From: Trichosphaerium sp. ATCC 40318
Taxonomy: Eukaryota > Protista > Tubulinea
Direction: 5' to 3'
Length of the DNA: 64,000 nucleotides
Assembly (NCBI GenBank): GCA_038496445.1
Contig: JALMLS010000537.1
Span: 18,320-82,319, forward strand
Under the pieces are notes generated by a model. The model was not told where the DNA came from, did no database searches, and was given only the letters and a program-made list of their open reading frames with translations. The position numbers and the translations under genes are program-made. Below, piece by piece: positions 36,132-49,899 of this stretch (the first letter of the stretch is position 1; each line of letters opens with the position of its first letter).

Positions 36132-38982
36132 TCATACAACCCTCTTTTTATTTTTTTTTTTCTTTGTACTCTTTTTCTTCTTTTTTGGAGGAAGTAATGG
36201 AGGTTCTGGTGGATTATAAGGTTTGTTTGGATCAAAAAAGTATACAGAATTCCACAAATCATCAAGCTCATCTACAACCATACCAACAGTCAAGTTTTTA
36301 GCTACAAACTCGAATAACAAGTAACAATCACTGTACATAACAGACATTATCTTACCACTTGCATCTTTACCTTGCCATTCAAGTAATTGACCTTTTCTTC
36401 CTCCATCAAATAAAACTGTTTGGGTTTTTATATTCTCTGAAGAAACACCTGTTGATGTTTGTTCTAGTTGCTTTCTTACAAGCTCTACAAGATTAGGAGC
36501 TACACCTGATCTCATAGGATCATCTGATATTGTTGTTAATGCACTTTCTTGAGCAGTCAAAGGTTGAAAACAAATCTTTCCATCCATGTCTCCTGCAAGT
36601 CTAAAATAGCTTGGATTGAATGTTACACCCCAACCGTTTTGTATTGATTCTATTTTATGATAAGGCACTCTATCAATCCTAAATAAAACAGAATACGTCA
36701 GTAACACATAAAAAAAAAACTGAAAAAGACAAAAAATGAAATTCTCGTTTTTTTCTCAAAACTCCGAGCAAAAAAAGAAATCCTTGTTCAGTGAGCACAA
36801 AAATTATTCTTGTTGCAGAAGAGCTATCAAGCTCGATGCTCGTAATTTCAAGAATAACGAATGTCTTGTTTTGGTGATAAAAACTGATAACCACGTCCCG
36901 AAATAAAACATAAAAAAAACAAGAAAAAAATTACGTACTCTTTTAGTGTTTTAGCATCTCCAATAACTAATGATGCAAGAAATCTATCAAAAACCTATAT
37001 ACATACGTAAGAGATATGTATAATAAAAAGTAACAATATCTCATACCGCCAAGTATCTCTCTGCAAACAGTATCCGCCTATCATATGAGAAAACAAAGCT
37101 ATAACATTTACTTTTCCTGACAACAACATAACGATCAAAACCAACATCTCCACGATGTCCACGTGCGCGTGCGTGACTTATACCACGTAGTAAAAAACTG
37201 CCCTTATTGTTGCCAACGCCTCTAAGTACATCACCTGGTAAACATCTATTGTGAACATCTTCCTACAAAGAAAAAAGGTTTAACTAATCTGGAAAACATT
37301 GTTTAAACTCCAAAAACTCCTACGCCGAATGGTTTTTGTTTGACGTTTCTACTTTGTAGGGATAAGATGATACACAAAGCGAGTACACTATTTAGGCAAA
37401 ACGGAGTAGGAAGAAGAATTTCTAGCGCACGTGCAAAAACTTTCTTGAAAGTGGGTTTTTAGTTGGTTTTCTTTTTTGATTTTGTTGTTATGTATCTTTG
37501 TTTTATCAATACGTACTGGTGTATAAGCCTTCCATCCTTTTTCTACAGCTACAGATATTTGTAGTGCAAGTTTCCTTCCTTTAACCACGTCATTGAAAGT
37601 AAAACGTGTTTGATTAACATCTAATAACTCAATTAGATTTAAATGTATTAGCGGTTACATCACTCATTAATATTACGCTCTCATACGTGAAAAGCATTGG
37701 TAACAAAATTAGGAAAATACTCTGAGTGTAAGAGAGATTTTTTCGATGGAGGTAGAAACCAAAACAAAAAAATTCGGAAGAAGAGCTTCGATTTTTTACC
37801 ACTGTCTTTTGATGGTCGCCAAGATACTGGTAGCCACATGGCAAGTTGATGAGTTTGTATGTCATATGGTGTGTAATATTGCATATTTAGTTTTCTTCTT
37901 CCTAGAGCCACAGTGTAAGAGTTTCATCCAAAAAAAATAAAAAGATATCAAATTATGTACCTGGCTTGAATGTGCTAACCATTTGATCCACAATTGCTTT
38001 ATACTGGCTTTGCATATCTAAAGGATAAACACACTCTAATTTATATCCAATTGCATTATCTAACACATCATTAAATCACTCACGCATTCATGAAAAAATC
38101 AGAACTTCTACTCAAAAAAATAAAAAAATACCTACCTTGAACTGTAAGCATTTGAAGTTTACTAAGCTTTATAGGTCCTCCTTTACTACCTTCATCTTGA
38201 TGACTAATCTACAGTGTACATATTAAGCATACTTATAACAACTGAAAGCAATACATATGTTAAATAAACCACACGAACGTCCACATTAAATTCCAAAAAA
38301 AAAATACAAAAAAAAATCATACCGTATTTAATAGCCTCTTTGCAGGCAAGTCTTGTAATTTTACTGTCTTCCACGTTGGCCTTGTGCCTGTATTTTCCTC
38401 CCATAAATCAGAGTGAATATTGGCGTAAGCGTCGAGTGATACTGGACTGTCATCTTCACAAAATTCTTCGAGCTGTAAATTGAATATTGGCGTGGAAGGA
38501 GTGAATATCTGATCTTTCACTTCGGAATAGAGTTAGAATCAACGAACAACGAGAAAAGTGCGATGAGACGCGTAGTAAACTAAGGTTCTGTAGCGTGGGA
38601 GTAATAGGAAGGCTTGTAGTCAAATTCAGGTTTTACAGTTTTAAAACTGCGTAAAAGCGGTGATGTATTTGCGTAAAATACTATTGTTATCACTGTATGC
38701 ATAGTTCCAGCGTACATAACGCAATTGGGCGGGTTTTGTTCATAAAGCTTAACACGTACTTGCAACGCTTTTCACTTCATTAATAGGCGCAATAGTGAGG
38801 CTTTTAGCGTTTTTGGCAAATAAAGTCCATTCTAAAGGATACTTTATCGTGTAACCCCACTCGCTCTCTTTGTAGGTCTTCCAAGTCTCATCAATGAATA
38901 GAGGCGTTCCTGGCTGCTTTAGAAACAATATAAGATATGAACCTATCCGTACGCGTGTGAAACGATCGTTTGGGCCTTTCAT
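36132..38982 (-). CDS. Multi-exon hypothetical protein with PsbP/Mog1-like segments and a polybasic C-terminus
   Basis: WKTYKESEWGYTIKYPLEW, QLAMWLPVSWRP, WGVTFNPSYF..WNSVYFF; ends PPKKKKKSTKKKKNKKRVV. Confidence 0.4.
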
Positions 38983-39132
38983 ACGCTATGCGACTTGGGC
39001 GGGATGTTTTTACACATTGACAACTGAGTTCACGCCAAACTTTCATTATAAACCCATATTATGTACTATACATCCCTTACGGCGTTTTATTTGGCTGTGG
39101 AACAACGCAAGAAAAATTAAAAATGTTGACTT

Positions 39133-41276
39133 TTAGATTTTGCTCTCCGCGGTTTTGATGGCACCGTCTTCCTCTTCTAGTGAATCGTCCTTCAATAGTT
39201 CGTCTACATCTAGCTTCGCATCTTCTGGTAGAAGAATAATATCGTCGTCTTCGTTGTAATCACCTTCTGATGAAGCAGACGCGGTACTAGCATCTTTCAA
39301 TGCGTCTACGTCGTTTTCAGCTTCAATTGTGGCTTCTGCTACAAAAATGCATTAGTTCCTAGTTTCGTACTTTCCTCACGTTTTTTGGTAGTAATAGCCT
39401 CAGGAATTTCTTCGTTGGAGAGTAAGAGCGCTACAAAATCCCTTGCAAATTTCCACGCTAAATTACGTTAATTCTCGCGTCAAGGGGCATTAATACGTGC
39501 CATCCCCTGCCCATCTAGCACTAAGATAGTTGCGGTGTAGGTGCGTGAACGATGAGTCTACAGAGCAAGATGTACCTACAGAAAATTAGTTAAACTCCAA
39601 CGTAACAATTTCTTGATAAAAAAAAATTACCACGTGAAACAGCAAGCGCAAATGGTCCTGGTTTGAACTGATCAGGATTCTTAAGTGCATTGGTTACAAC
39701 ATCTTGAACATGTTCGTCGTATGTACGATAGTGTTGGCCATTACTCCACTTTGTAACTAAGTGTAAAGTCGTTTCCATTTTCTGCAAACAATTTAGAAAA
39801 AAAAAATTCAGTTAACATTTATGCTCACTTGAGGAAACGCAGTTGTTTCTCTATCGTATAGAATTGACTTCTCTGATCCGTCAACTATCGTATTCGCTAG
39901 CAATACCACTCCTAGTGACGTATTAGATCAGCATGGATAAGTTTAAGTACCTCTAGAAATTGCGCCAACTTTCTTATTACTTTCAAAAAACTCCGCCACT
40001 TTCCGTTGTAGTAACGAACTATCCAACATTTGTTTCATACCAGGACCATGTCCACCTGGTATTATAACACCTAGCATATAATTTAATACATGCCATTTTT
40101 TTCCAAATCACGTGATGGTACCATCAAACTCGTCTGGTTTAATACTGTCCCAAGTGGTAGGATGACTGTACTCATCTGATTTTGTCATTTCTGAAAATTG
40201 TTTTAACAATGCCTATTAATCAGCGCACTTACCATAGTAGTATAGTTTAGCGTCTCCTGTAGAACCTATATATGTAATGAATGGTACGAACATACTTTTA
40301 ATTATAGTCATACCGATAGGGCCAATGGGTATTGATTTTTTAGAAGTCAACAAAGGATCTCCAACTAGAAATAGTACTCTTAGTTTATACTCATCCAACC
40401 TTACAAAAAAAAGTGTAACGCACGTGCTATGTTGCCAATATCCGTAGAAAAACTAACTTCAAAGCCGTACATCTTTAATAGTTTCCAAGGAATAGCCACT
40501 AAGGTGTCATTAACCCGATAAAGAGTATCTGAAATGGTTCAATTTACCTTCACATGGGTCGAAATCAATGTCGGGTAATACAATCAGTACCCTTTTTTTA
40601 GGGATATCATCGATCTAAAAAGGGAGATATGACTTACAGGGCTACAAGTGAGCGTAATTTCATACATATTGGAAGACTTCAAGAAATGTTTTAATCTGTA
40701 TTTTATCGCGCATAAACTCGTGTGACCACAGATCTTTAAGGAACGCTTCAAAAGCAGAAGTTCTCGCGTTTGCTTCTTTTCTTAAAGGTAATGTTGTAAA
40801 GGGGTTCCTCCTAGAAGTTGTATAAGAACACTCTCAGCATTGTGTCAGAGGTGTTGCGATAGTTCTTACCTCGGGAACACTTTAATAGATTGTAGGCTAG
40901 GATAATCGCGTTTTAACTAATGAATGGCATTTAGTAGTGATAACAAGGCTGCCGCAGGCGAAAGAGGTATTTTACCCATTTAAACAGCTCCTTGAATTGA
41001 GAGAATCTCCTTTTAACTGTCCAGCTGTATTAAAACAGTGTAAATATACAAGATTTGTTTGTTGGGTATTTATCACACGTGCCTCGATACGCCGTATGAC
41101 AATTTTATTATATAAAGCTGTAGAATGTTTAGAGAGGAATAAACAAGTTTGCTACTTAAAACGTTGCGTACAGCCACTGGTTTTGTGCTTATTTCTTTTG
41201 TAATTTCTACTTCATCTTCGATAGATATCTGAAGATCATGGACAGAAATAGGTCCGTCGCTCTCTTGCATCGCCAT
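39133..41276 (-). CDS. PX domain + DJ-1/PfpI (GATase1-like) fusion; nucleophile Cys replaced by Ser; C-terminal SKI
   Basis: PX: YIIKLSYGVS|SWTVKRRFSQFKELFKW..RTSAFEAFLKDL..IKTFLE. DJ-1: VLIVLPDIDFDPCEVAIPW..DPLL..VIIPGGHGPGMKQML..VGAISR|GVVLLA..HYRTY..YLSARWAGDA. Confidence 0.8.
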
Positions 41277-41699
41277 ATTTGTGACGTTACTTGCTATTAA
41301 TAATTCGGGAAGGAAAATCACGTGTTGACACAACTTTGACTGTTGGTTTTTGTAGCTTTACAGCGTTCGCAGTTAGGAGCAAACACCATAAACCGCTCAT
41401 AGTCGAGCTAGTAAGTATTCTCTGTAAGTGGGTTTGAGATTAATCAACTTGCTGAAAGCAATTCAGGCAACTGTTTACGGACGTTGTTCATTAGTTATAA
41501 ATGATCAAATTTTGGAACTAACTGGTTATTTGATGGTAAGAAATAACGTTAAAACTCTCGTACAGGTACTTGTAACATACGTTGTTAATATTTTACGGCC
41601 GTGACGCGGGTGAACAAAGCGCTAATGTGAAGAAGATGTTTATGAAATCCGCAAAACGACTATAAATACTCTATATCTCCTTTACTACGCTCAAATAGT

Positions 41700-44600
41700 C
41701 ACTTTTAGCTGATACCGACTTGTCATTATCTTCGACATGACAGTTATAGTCAAGGACCAGACAACAGTACTCCTGAAGATGCACAAGAAGAGGGAGAAGA
41801 ATACCGACATGAGGAAGGGCCGTTGAATGTTGCAAACAAGTTTAAATCGAACTCAAAAGTGTCAGCGTTGATTTTTTTCTGACTTTGAACAACACGTAAA
41901 AAACTCGTTAAATTTCACAACAATGGCAACGAAACACGGTTGTATTTATGTACTATTGTGCTTGGCAATATTCGCACAGACCTCTGTGGGCTTTAGAAAC
42001 ATAACTATCGGTAACTAGTCCTTTTTTTCTCAAAGAACTTTTGCATTTTTTTTTCTCGCTAGAGACATGCTTTTTACTGACGTTGTGTTCGTTTATAGCT
42101 GCTGCAATTAACTGGAGAAACGCACACAAAGCAGTGTACGCTTTTAGAATATCATATAAAGCTAATAGCGTAGCGATTCTTGAACTGGAAAAGGCCAAAA
42201 GCGCCTTTTTTTTTCATTTCGCTTTCGCTTTTTTTGCGTTTTTAGTTTTCGTTTTCGTTTTGTTTTACGTTTTTGGGTGTTGTTGTACCCTTTTTTGGTT
42301 ATCACCTACTACAACATACGTATGTAAACACATCATATAATTGCGTATCGCATGTTTTTGTACGTATTTACGAAAACTCTAGAGCAATTTTTGAATACTT
42401 TGAGCGTTGGATGGTAGATAACGATAAATTAATAGATATAAACGGAGAAAAGGTTGGCTTTCATTTTGAGTACGTAGTCACGCATTTTTACGTGTCGTTG
42501 CCTTTTTTGGAAAGTTTCCGGTTTTGTCGCAAAAACTGGTTATCTTGGGACAAATGCTCCTTTTACGTAACCTCTATCGAGGGGATGTATTTTGAGCGCT
42601 GAAGTAGAAAGTTATGCATTTGGCGCACTTCGCCTTAAAAATCTGCTTCCTGTTAGGCTGTGTTACATTGTATCTATTATCGTATTCAAATTCGGGTCTA
42701 CCTTTTCCCAAGAACCGCGTAAAAAGTTTTTTTTGTTTGTTTTTCGTTTTTCGTTTCTACAAGCGTTCGAACTCAACCTTTGCTTGAATTAACACGAACT
42801 CAACCTAAAAATGGATTTTGGAAACTTTCGGGTTCATAAGTTTCATGCTACTACACAGTAGCAACCTTTTCTTAAAAAGCGATAACTAGTATCCACTAGT
42901 ACTAGTATTTAAGCTCCATTCTTGATATGGAATTACATCCTTCCTTTTCGAGACCTCAAAACATGGCCTGTTTACCATTTTAAATATTTCGCCTTTTTCC
43001 AGGACTTTGCTTTTCTAGCCTAATTTCTCTTTTCAGCGTTACCATCGGGCACAATCAGACCTTTACAAATGAACTGTATCGAGGATACATGGCTGATCCG
43101 TCAGTATCATTATTAATGGGCCCACAGTCCGATCAAACTGCAGGGGTATTAGAGATGACAGAGAGGGAGGGTAGATTATTAGTAAGCATCGGAAACGCTG
43201 CAAATGCAGCTGTAGCTGGTAGCAACCTTGCATTATCTGTTGGTAGTGCTGCTGAGTACTCTTTTTTTACATCTCTGGCTTCACTACGTGTTGCTGGTAT
43301 TAAGACTATTTCGATATTCACAGGAGGTGATCAAGTTGATATCTTGGCAGACAGGTAAGTAATCTTTTTTTTTTTTTGGAAAGTCTGAAACTAATTTCTT
43401 TTCTACAGGTGTAGATCTGAGGCTCTGAGAAGCGAATTACTGATTCAAGGATTTGAAATCAAAGGAGACTATACACTTGGAATCTGTACGGCTTTTTTTT
43501 GACAATCTTTCACGCCAAGACTTGTTGCTCGGTCGTTTTTTTTGTTTTTGACAAAGCTATTTATTTTCTTGGACTATGAAAATGTTAACTTGTTGTTTTA
43601 GTGCCTATCTCACCGTATTTATATGTCTCAACACTATACACGGAAATGCCAGAAGAATTTGTAGCTAATGCTACAGCAACAGCACATCTCGCAATGGAGG
43701 CTGATTCTGATGCTTGGTACCTCCAATTTTTTTCAAATGAGCCCTTTTAACTTCTTAACACTTTCTGCTAGGCTTGTTTGTAGTGCTGCTATTGATGTTG
43801 TTGGTGCTTTAATGAGCGCAGCACGTGAAGTAGATTACACACCAAGATATGTAGCGATACCTGAGTACCACGCAGGAGTGCCTGCTTATGATCAGAAGTT
43901 ATGGCATTACGTATCAGGAAACTCTCAGTATCATCCTGGTATGGCTTTTCCTACTACCAGAGAGCTTGGTACATGGACAGAGTTCTTAGATGCTATGACT
44001 GAGTTGTTTAATGGCGAAGATATCAGTTTCCAGAGTTCTTACAATGCTGCTCTGTTTGTTATGTATAAACAAGCAATTGAGTCGGCAATAGCTAAGTATG
44101 GATCTGCAGTAGTGGTTCGTGATTGCTCATTTTCGTCAGTTTTTTTTTTTGGTTTTTCTTCTTGCTCACGTGTTTGTTTTTGTTTTAGCTTGATGACAAT
44201 TCGAAGCTTCAACTAGTTGGGGTTAATTCTACTTCCGGTAGTTGCGGTAGCAAGACTGTACGACGCCAGGGTTTTTTTACAAAGCGAGATTCTAACCGCA
44301 ACGTGTAGATTGACGAAGTACTTTACTCGTACATATACAAGGAAAAGTTTTCCACCATCTCTGGTCAGTACTCTTGGAGTTCAAACTCTGTACAACAACA
44401 TGATTGGTTGCATGTTCAAATTCAAAATGAGGGAGAAGCAACACTTATTGGCACGTTTCTTTTCTCTGTTGTTTTATTTTCTTTCTCATTTTCTTTTTCT
44501 AGGTCCACAACAAACTAAAACATCTGATTTGATATACCCAATGCCTAAATGGCATGAACGTATATTCAAAGTTGAGTACGGTACGCTGCATTGTCATTGT

Positions 44601-45866
44601 TAAATTGATTTAATAAATCTAATCTTATTTTTTTCTCAAACAGGCCATTGGTCAGAAATATTGGTTACAGTTGTTGCCATTATCTTTTTTATAATCAATA
44701 TTGGATGGGCAATATTTTTACCATTGAATATGACAAACAAAAGAGTCAAGGCACGTGTTAATACAAAGTTATTTTAAAATACTTGCGAATGAAATATCTC
44801 GTTTTTCTTATTTACTTTTATAGGCTTCTTCTCCTTTATTTATGGGTCTCATGCTTGTTGGTAGTTCTCTATTGTATGCTTCAGTATTCACAATAATGCC
44901 TAATCTCATATCAAAAACAACTTGCACCGTTATGCCGTGGGTTATTGACCTTGGATTCATCCTTCTTTTCGGGTACATAGTCTTTTTTTTCTTCTTTTTC
45001 TTTTTTGTTTTGTGCTAATCTCTACCCAGACCTTTGCTTTCAAAGACTTTGCGTATCGAAAGATTATTCAGTAATAAGACAACTGAAATATTCAGAATCA
45101 GCGATAAAGTTGTATTATTTTGGGTAGCATTACTTGTTCTTGCCCAAGTCATTCTATTGTCTGTTCTGGTACGCCTTTACTAAGCCCCTCTTACTCTTCT
45201 AATTTTTTTATTTGTTAGACTGCTGTTGGTAGACCTGAAACGGTTATGGTTGTCCTTGATGCTATACGAGTAAATGAGAATTACTGGAGCTGTTCAGCAA
45301 ATAATGGATATACAATAATTCTTTATGTAATTTGTGGTTCAAATGTACGTTTCTTCACTTTGTGGTTTTGACCCTTTACCACGTGATTTTTTCCAACGTT
45401 TTTGTTTTGTTTACAAACTTAGCTTTTTGTAGGGCGTATTATTACTTGTTTGTAGTATTGTAGCTTTTAGGATAAGAATGATTCCTATCAACGTATTCAA
45501 CGAGTCAAAGATTATTTTCTTCACAGTTTACAATGTCACTTTCTTTGCGCTTCTTAGCTTTGCTCTTGCAGTAGCTAATATTAACAGGTTCACACGGTTT
45601 GTACTTGTTTCCATGTTTCTGTTGGTTGGTTCAGGCACGTGAAATTATCACATGTTTTTTGTTCGTGACTGTTTTCTGACTTTGTTTGCAGCTATTACTG
45701 TCAACTCTATATTTTTACATAAAACGCGTGTTGGTGAATATATGGATAGTGTTGGAAAAAGTTCAAGAGATAGCAATACTATTAGCGACTTTAGGTACCA
45801 TTTAAGAAGCTTCCTTTGATTTTATGATAATAATCCTGACTTGTTGTTTGTAGTAATGAAAGTTAA
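41700..45866 (+). CDS. Class C GPCR-like (type-1 periplasmic-binding ectodomain + 7TM), copy B
   Basis: LLMGPQSDQT, LIYPMPKWHERIF, KRVK|ASSPLFMGLMLVGS, KTLRIERLF, AFRIRMIPINVFNESK. Start uncertain. Confidence 0.8.
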
Positions 45867-46605
45867 GCCGTTATAAGGCGTTTAAGTTGTTTTTAGATAC
45901 AACAACCAAAGAAACATTACAAGCTACTTTTGGTGTCATACTCAATAAAACTCATGTAAACTACAGCTGTAGAAAGATTGTTTTTTTTGTTTTGGATATC
46001 CAAAAAGTCTTCAAAAAAATTTCGTGTATTTGAACAGAGAACTGGGAAAATCGGAAGTGTTTTATTCCTTTACAAGAAATCACAGTATGTCAGCATGTTT
46101 ATACTTGATCTCACCATTTTCAATAACGATTCTAGCAACGACATAACCTGAAGTAGCCAAGAGACCGTTTAGCAATTGGTAAATAATGTATTTCAACTCC
46201 ATGGTTTCTTCTACGAATGTAACATCTCCAAGCAATAATTGTCCTTGTCCGAATAACTCTGTCTGACTCGGAAATAGATGCGGCCCATTATTCGTTAGAT
46301 GGCCATGTCGACCTAGTACTAAAAGTAAGAAAGAAGCAGTCAAAAAAACAACTACAAAAAGTTCAAGGACTAAAACACTTCCGAGACTTACTTTGGCAGT
46401 ACCATTGGACGTAAAAGGTAAAAGAATGCTCTTCAGCATGAATCTTGTCATTGGCAACAACAAAATCACTGAAGCTGTTGGCACGTGATTAGAGGTGGTC
46501 CGTCTAAGCCTATAAAAATCCATGTGTAGCCTGACAAAGAAAAATGTTGACACTTTCACTTTTCTAACTTTGTCAATACTCAATCACCTGTTTCCGTTAA
46601 TAATA

Positions 46606-48373
46606 ATGCTTCGACTGGTGTTCTTTATTATTGTTATTTTGGGAGCACTTAATGCTAATTTAGTATTGTCGGTAAATGGTAAGCGCAAAAAACTTCTAAA
46701 AACAACCGCTTTTCTCGTTTAGAACGACGACCGACAAAGTCCGAGGACTTATATGTATAGGCACATCTACGGAACACAAAGCAGTTCCGTATTTCTTTGG
46801 ATATGGTTCTAAAGTAGCTTTTGATGATTTTAACGCTTCAATTATTATTCCACGTGATGGCGCTAATCTAACAGGTAAAATAAAGCCGAAAAAATAGAAA
46901 TTGAAAAAAACACTTTAATTAATTTTAGATAGGTACCTGTTTTTGAAGGGTGCGCACAATATGAAACCGCCCTTTTTGAGTCCATAAAAAACCTGTAAAA
47001 ACACGTGTTTTTTCACTTTGACGACGCCATTCTTAAGTTAATTAATAGCTTGCAGGAAAAGCAGTTTTCCCGGAAGGAAGACGGTCATACAGGGACTGGG
47101 TATCACAAGGTATTGTCGGGATTGTAGAGTGGTATGATACAACAAGCGATATTCGTCTAGGCAATGCAAACTACATAAAAATGTATGGAGGTAAGAAAAT
47201 GTCTTAAAGATAGAATAAGAGCAAAAAGGACATTCGCCTTTGTGCTGTCTTGTTATTCTAACCTGTTTTTTTTAGATTCTTTAAAGGGAATAGGAGTTCC
47301 TATTTTGGGACAAAGAGGGTTTGATACGATAAAAGATAATACTACGGTGACTTTTAAGTATGGAGAAAATGAATGGTATAACCTTTATTCTAGTCCTTGG
47401 GCTATTGGTACTTATTGAAGCCAACTCTGAATAGTGACTCTTACTTCATTTTAGTCACACACGTGATTTTAGTAACAACAACTTTAGCTGCGTTGGCTGT
47501 AGTAGTCACAAGGTAGGTAACTTTTTCAGCGTTCGAATACTAAGTTTGCTGGTAGGTTTGTGCAGTTTATCATCCTCGATGGATACCGTGTATCAATTGC
47601 TAAATTTGCCCTGAGCGTGGAGATACTTAGTAATATACTTCGATTGTTTTGGTGTATTCCTGACCCTTTCGGCTATTTATTCGTCGTACCTGGATGGTAC
47701 TTTAAAGCTCATTGTTTTATTGAAACTTAAACATTAAGTCACGTGTAGGTATGAAGAAGTATTCACTGTTTATCACACCAGCTTTGCTGTAGTCTCTAAC
47801 CTACTTATCGTACTTTACTGGCACGAATCAATGGTCTCATTGAGTCTGGAAGCTACACCATACCTCCGAAAGTTTGCAATACCTTTCTATATTCTAGCTG
47901 GAGGTATAGTACTAGTTGAGACTACCTTTGCTGCAATAAGAATCGCACTATTCGCTAGGGCTAACTTTGCTGCTCTTAATTTTGTTAATGCCGGATTCTA
48001 TGCTTCAATTAATACGTTGCTGATGTTTTACCTGATCATTATCTCGTATAAACTTTGGAAAAGACTTCGAAGTATATCAGCTGATGGAGAATCAAATGCT
48101 ATAATTTCAAGACTCTTTACACGTGTTACAGCAACTATAGTCATCTTGTCCTTAATTGGAGCAGGGGCAGTGATATGGTTAGCTTTGCCAGCGCCAAAGG
48201 ATGACCCTCTAGGGAAACTACTATTCTGGCTATATATGTTTTGTTGCTTTAATTCTTTGTCTATTGTTCAGGCAGTTAGTTTTGTTCCTTCACGAATGTC
48301 AAAACCGTCATATGACAGCAAGAAACGATACCTATCAAATGTGTCATCGGTTACCCGTGCAACAAGACAATAA
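46606..48373 (+). CDS. Signal peptide + PA-like ectodomain + multi-TM membrane protein
   Basis: N-terminal hydrophobic leader, GC..Y..LAGKAVF segment, ENEWYNLY stalk, about 7 hydrophobic helices (ORF 47831-48373 carries the last ones). Confidence 0.5.
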
Positions 48374-48551
48374 ATGAACTTAAGCCAAAGCGAACTACTA
48401 CGCATGGATATTAATGAACTTTTTTATTAAAACTGTTTCTATGCATATCAGAATGAGAACTCAGTACACTTTAAATAGGTTAGCCTAAGCAAACTTGTGA
48501 ACTACACCAAGGGCTTGTAGGTTGTTGAGTGTTATGGATGTAGATTTAGTG

Positions 48552-49650
48552 TTAATTTTTATTTGGATCCATAAGAATCAAATCAGTATGGAGTTTGCCA
48601 AAAGGTACAGTATGTGGCTTCATATAACAGATTTGAGGCTTTGTTTTCCTGCGATTTTTTTTTGTTTTTTTTGTCATGTCTATGATTCCCTCATTGTACT
48701 GAATCTTCTCAACAACCTTCCCTTTTTTAAACCTTGTATATTCTCCATGAAGTATACCATGTTTGTAAAAACAACGAACAACAAGATTTCCTTTCTCACT
48801 TGTCTCTTTGTACTCACCATGACGAACTCCATTCTCAAAGAAATACTGTTTTTTGATACAACATACTCTTTGAAGAAAACGAGTAGTAGAAATCTCTGTC
48901 CATTCTCCTTTTTTAGGATGATGCTTATCAAATATAACGCGTAGTATCACTTTATTTGATTCTTTATGCTGTTTCTCAGAAAGAAGTAAATTACCTTTAT
49001 CATAGATATTTTTATACGAATAAAAATAATTTTCACTAGTAGCCTCACCATCAATTAAACCATTTACGTAATTCCGTCTGTCTAGAACACGTGGACAATT
49101 TTTTAAGTAGTAACCAGTTTCCACCTTCTTTTCATACATACCATGAAGACAACCGTGATTGTAAGAAGCAACCTGAGTATACCTATTATAAGTTTTTGTA
49201 GCTTTGCCATGAATAACACCATCAACATAATTACATTCATAGTACACATCTTTAGTAACCGCATTTGCAATAGTGTATTTACCATGACGTTTACCATTCA
49301 AAAAATGCAGTGTCGAGATATTCCTTGTTGCCTTATCAATCTCCGGTCCATCCCAACAAGTTTGGATACCTTCTTTTTTGCCATTGACATATTTAAGCTC
49401 CATGTGTTTTTGTGTAAAGTCTTTATTCCAAGAAGTGAATGTCCCGTGCTTGTCTAGGTTATAATTGAACCTTGAACTAATAGCAGTATTGTAACATAAC
49501 TTGGGCCAGAGATTTTTTAGTTCATTGCCCGCATAGTCGTGGTAGAGGGCACATAAAAGCTCTCCAGGTAAATCAGGAAGAGTAAACCTATTTAACGTGT
49601 TTTCGCTATTTAACAGTCAGAAAAAGGTGCCTATGTACGCTGTACCTCAT
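48552..49650 (-). CDS. F-box-like + MORN-variant repeat protein
   Basis: Micro-exon ATG AG (49646-49650) spliced to FTLPDLPGELLCALY..LWPKLC..SRFNYNLDKHG; repeats YVNGKKEG, NGKRHGKY, NGVRHGEY, HGILHGEY. Confidence 0.8.
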
Positions 49651-49899
49651 TAACTATGATTGGGATGTAGTGCTAAGCTGCTCACAACAAATTTTATGGC
49701 ACAGAATACAAGTGAGTTAAAGAACAATCACAGAATTTTCAACACAAAATATTTACATTGTGTTCTAACAATAGATCAGTCCGGAGTTTCCTAACTATTG
49801 GCATTAATAAAATTATGATTTTGACTATCACGTGATGTAACCTTACATCCGTGATAGTCAACAGCCATTGGTAGTAGAATTGTGTAATTCACAAGTCCT

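Noticed and set aside
46080-46583. 167-aa minus-strand ORF
   Set aside because: No recognisable motif, a non-ATG start and a competing open frame on the plus strand; no call can be supported.
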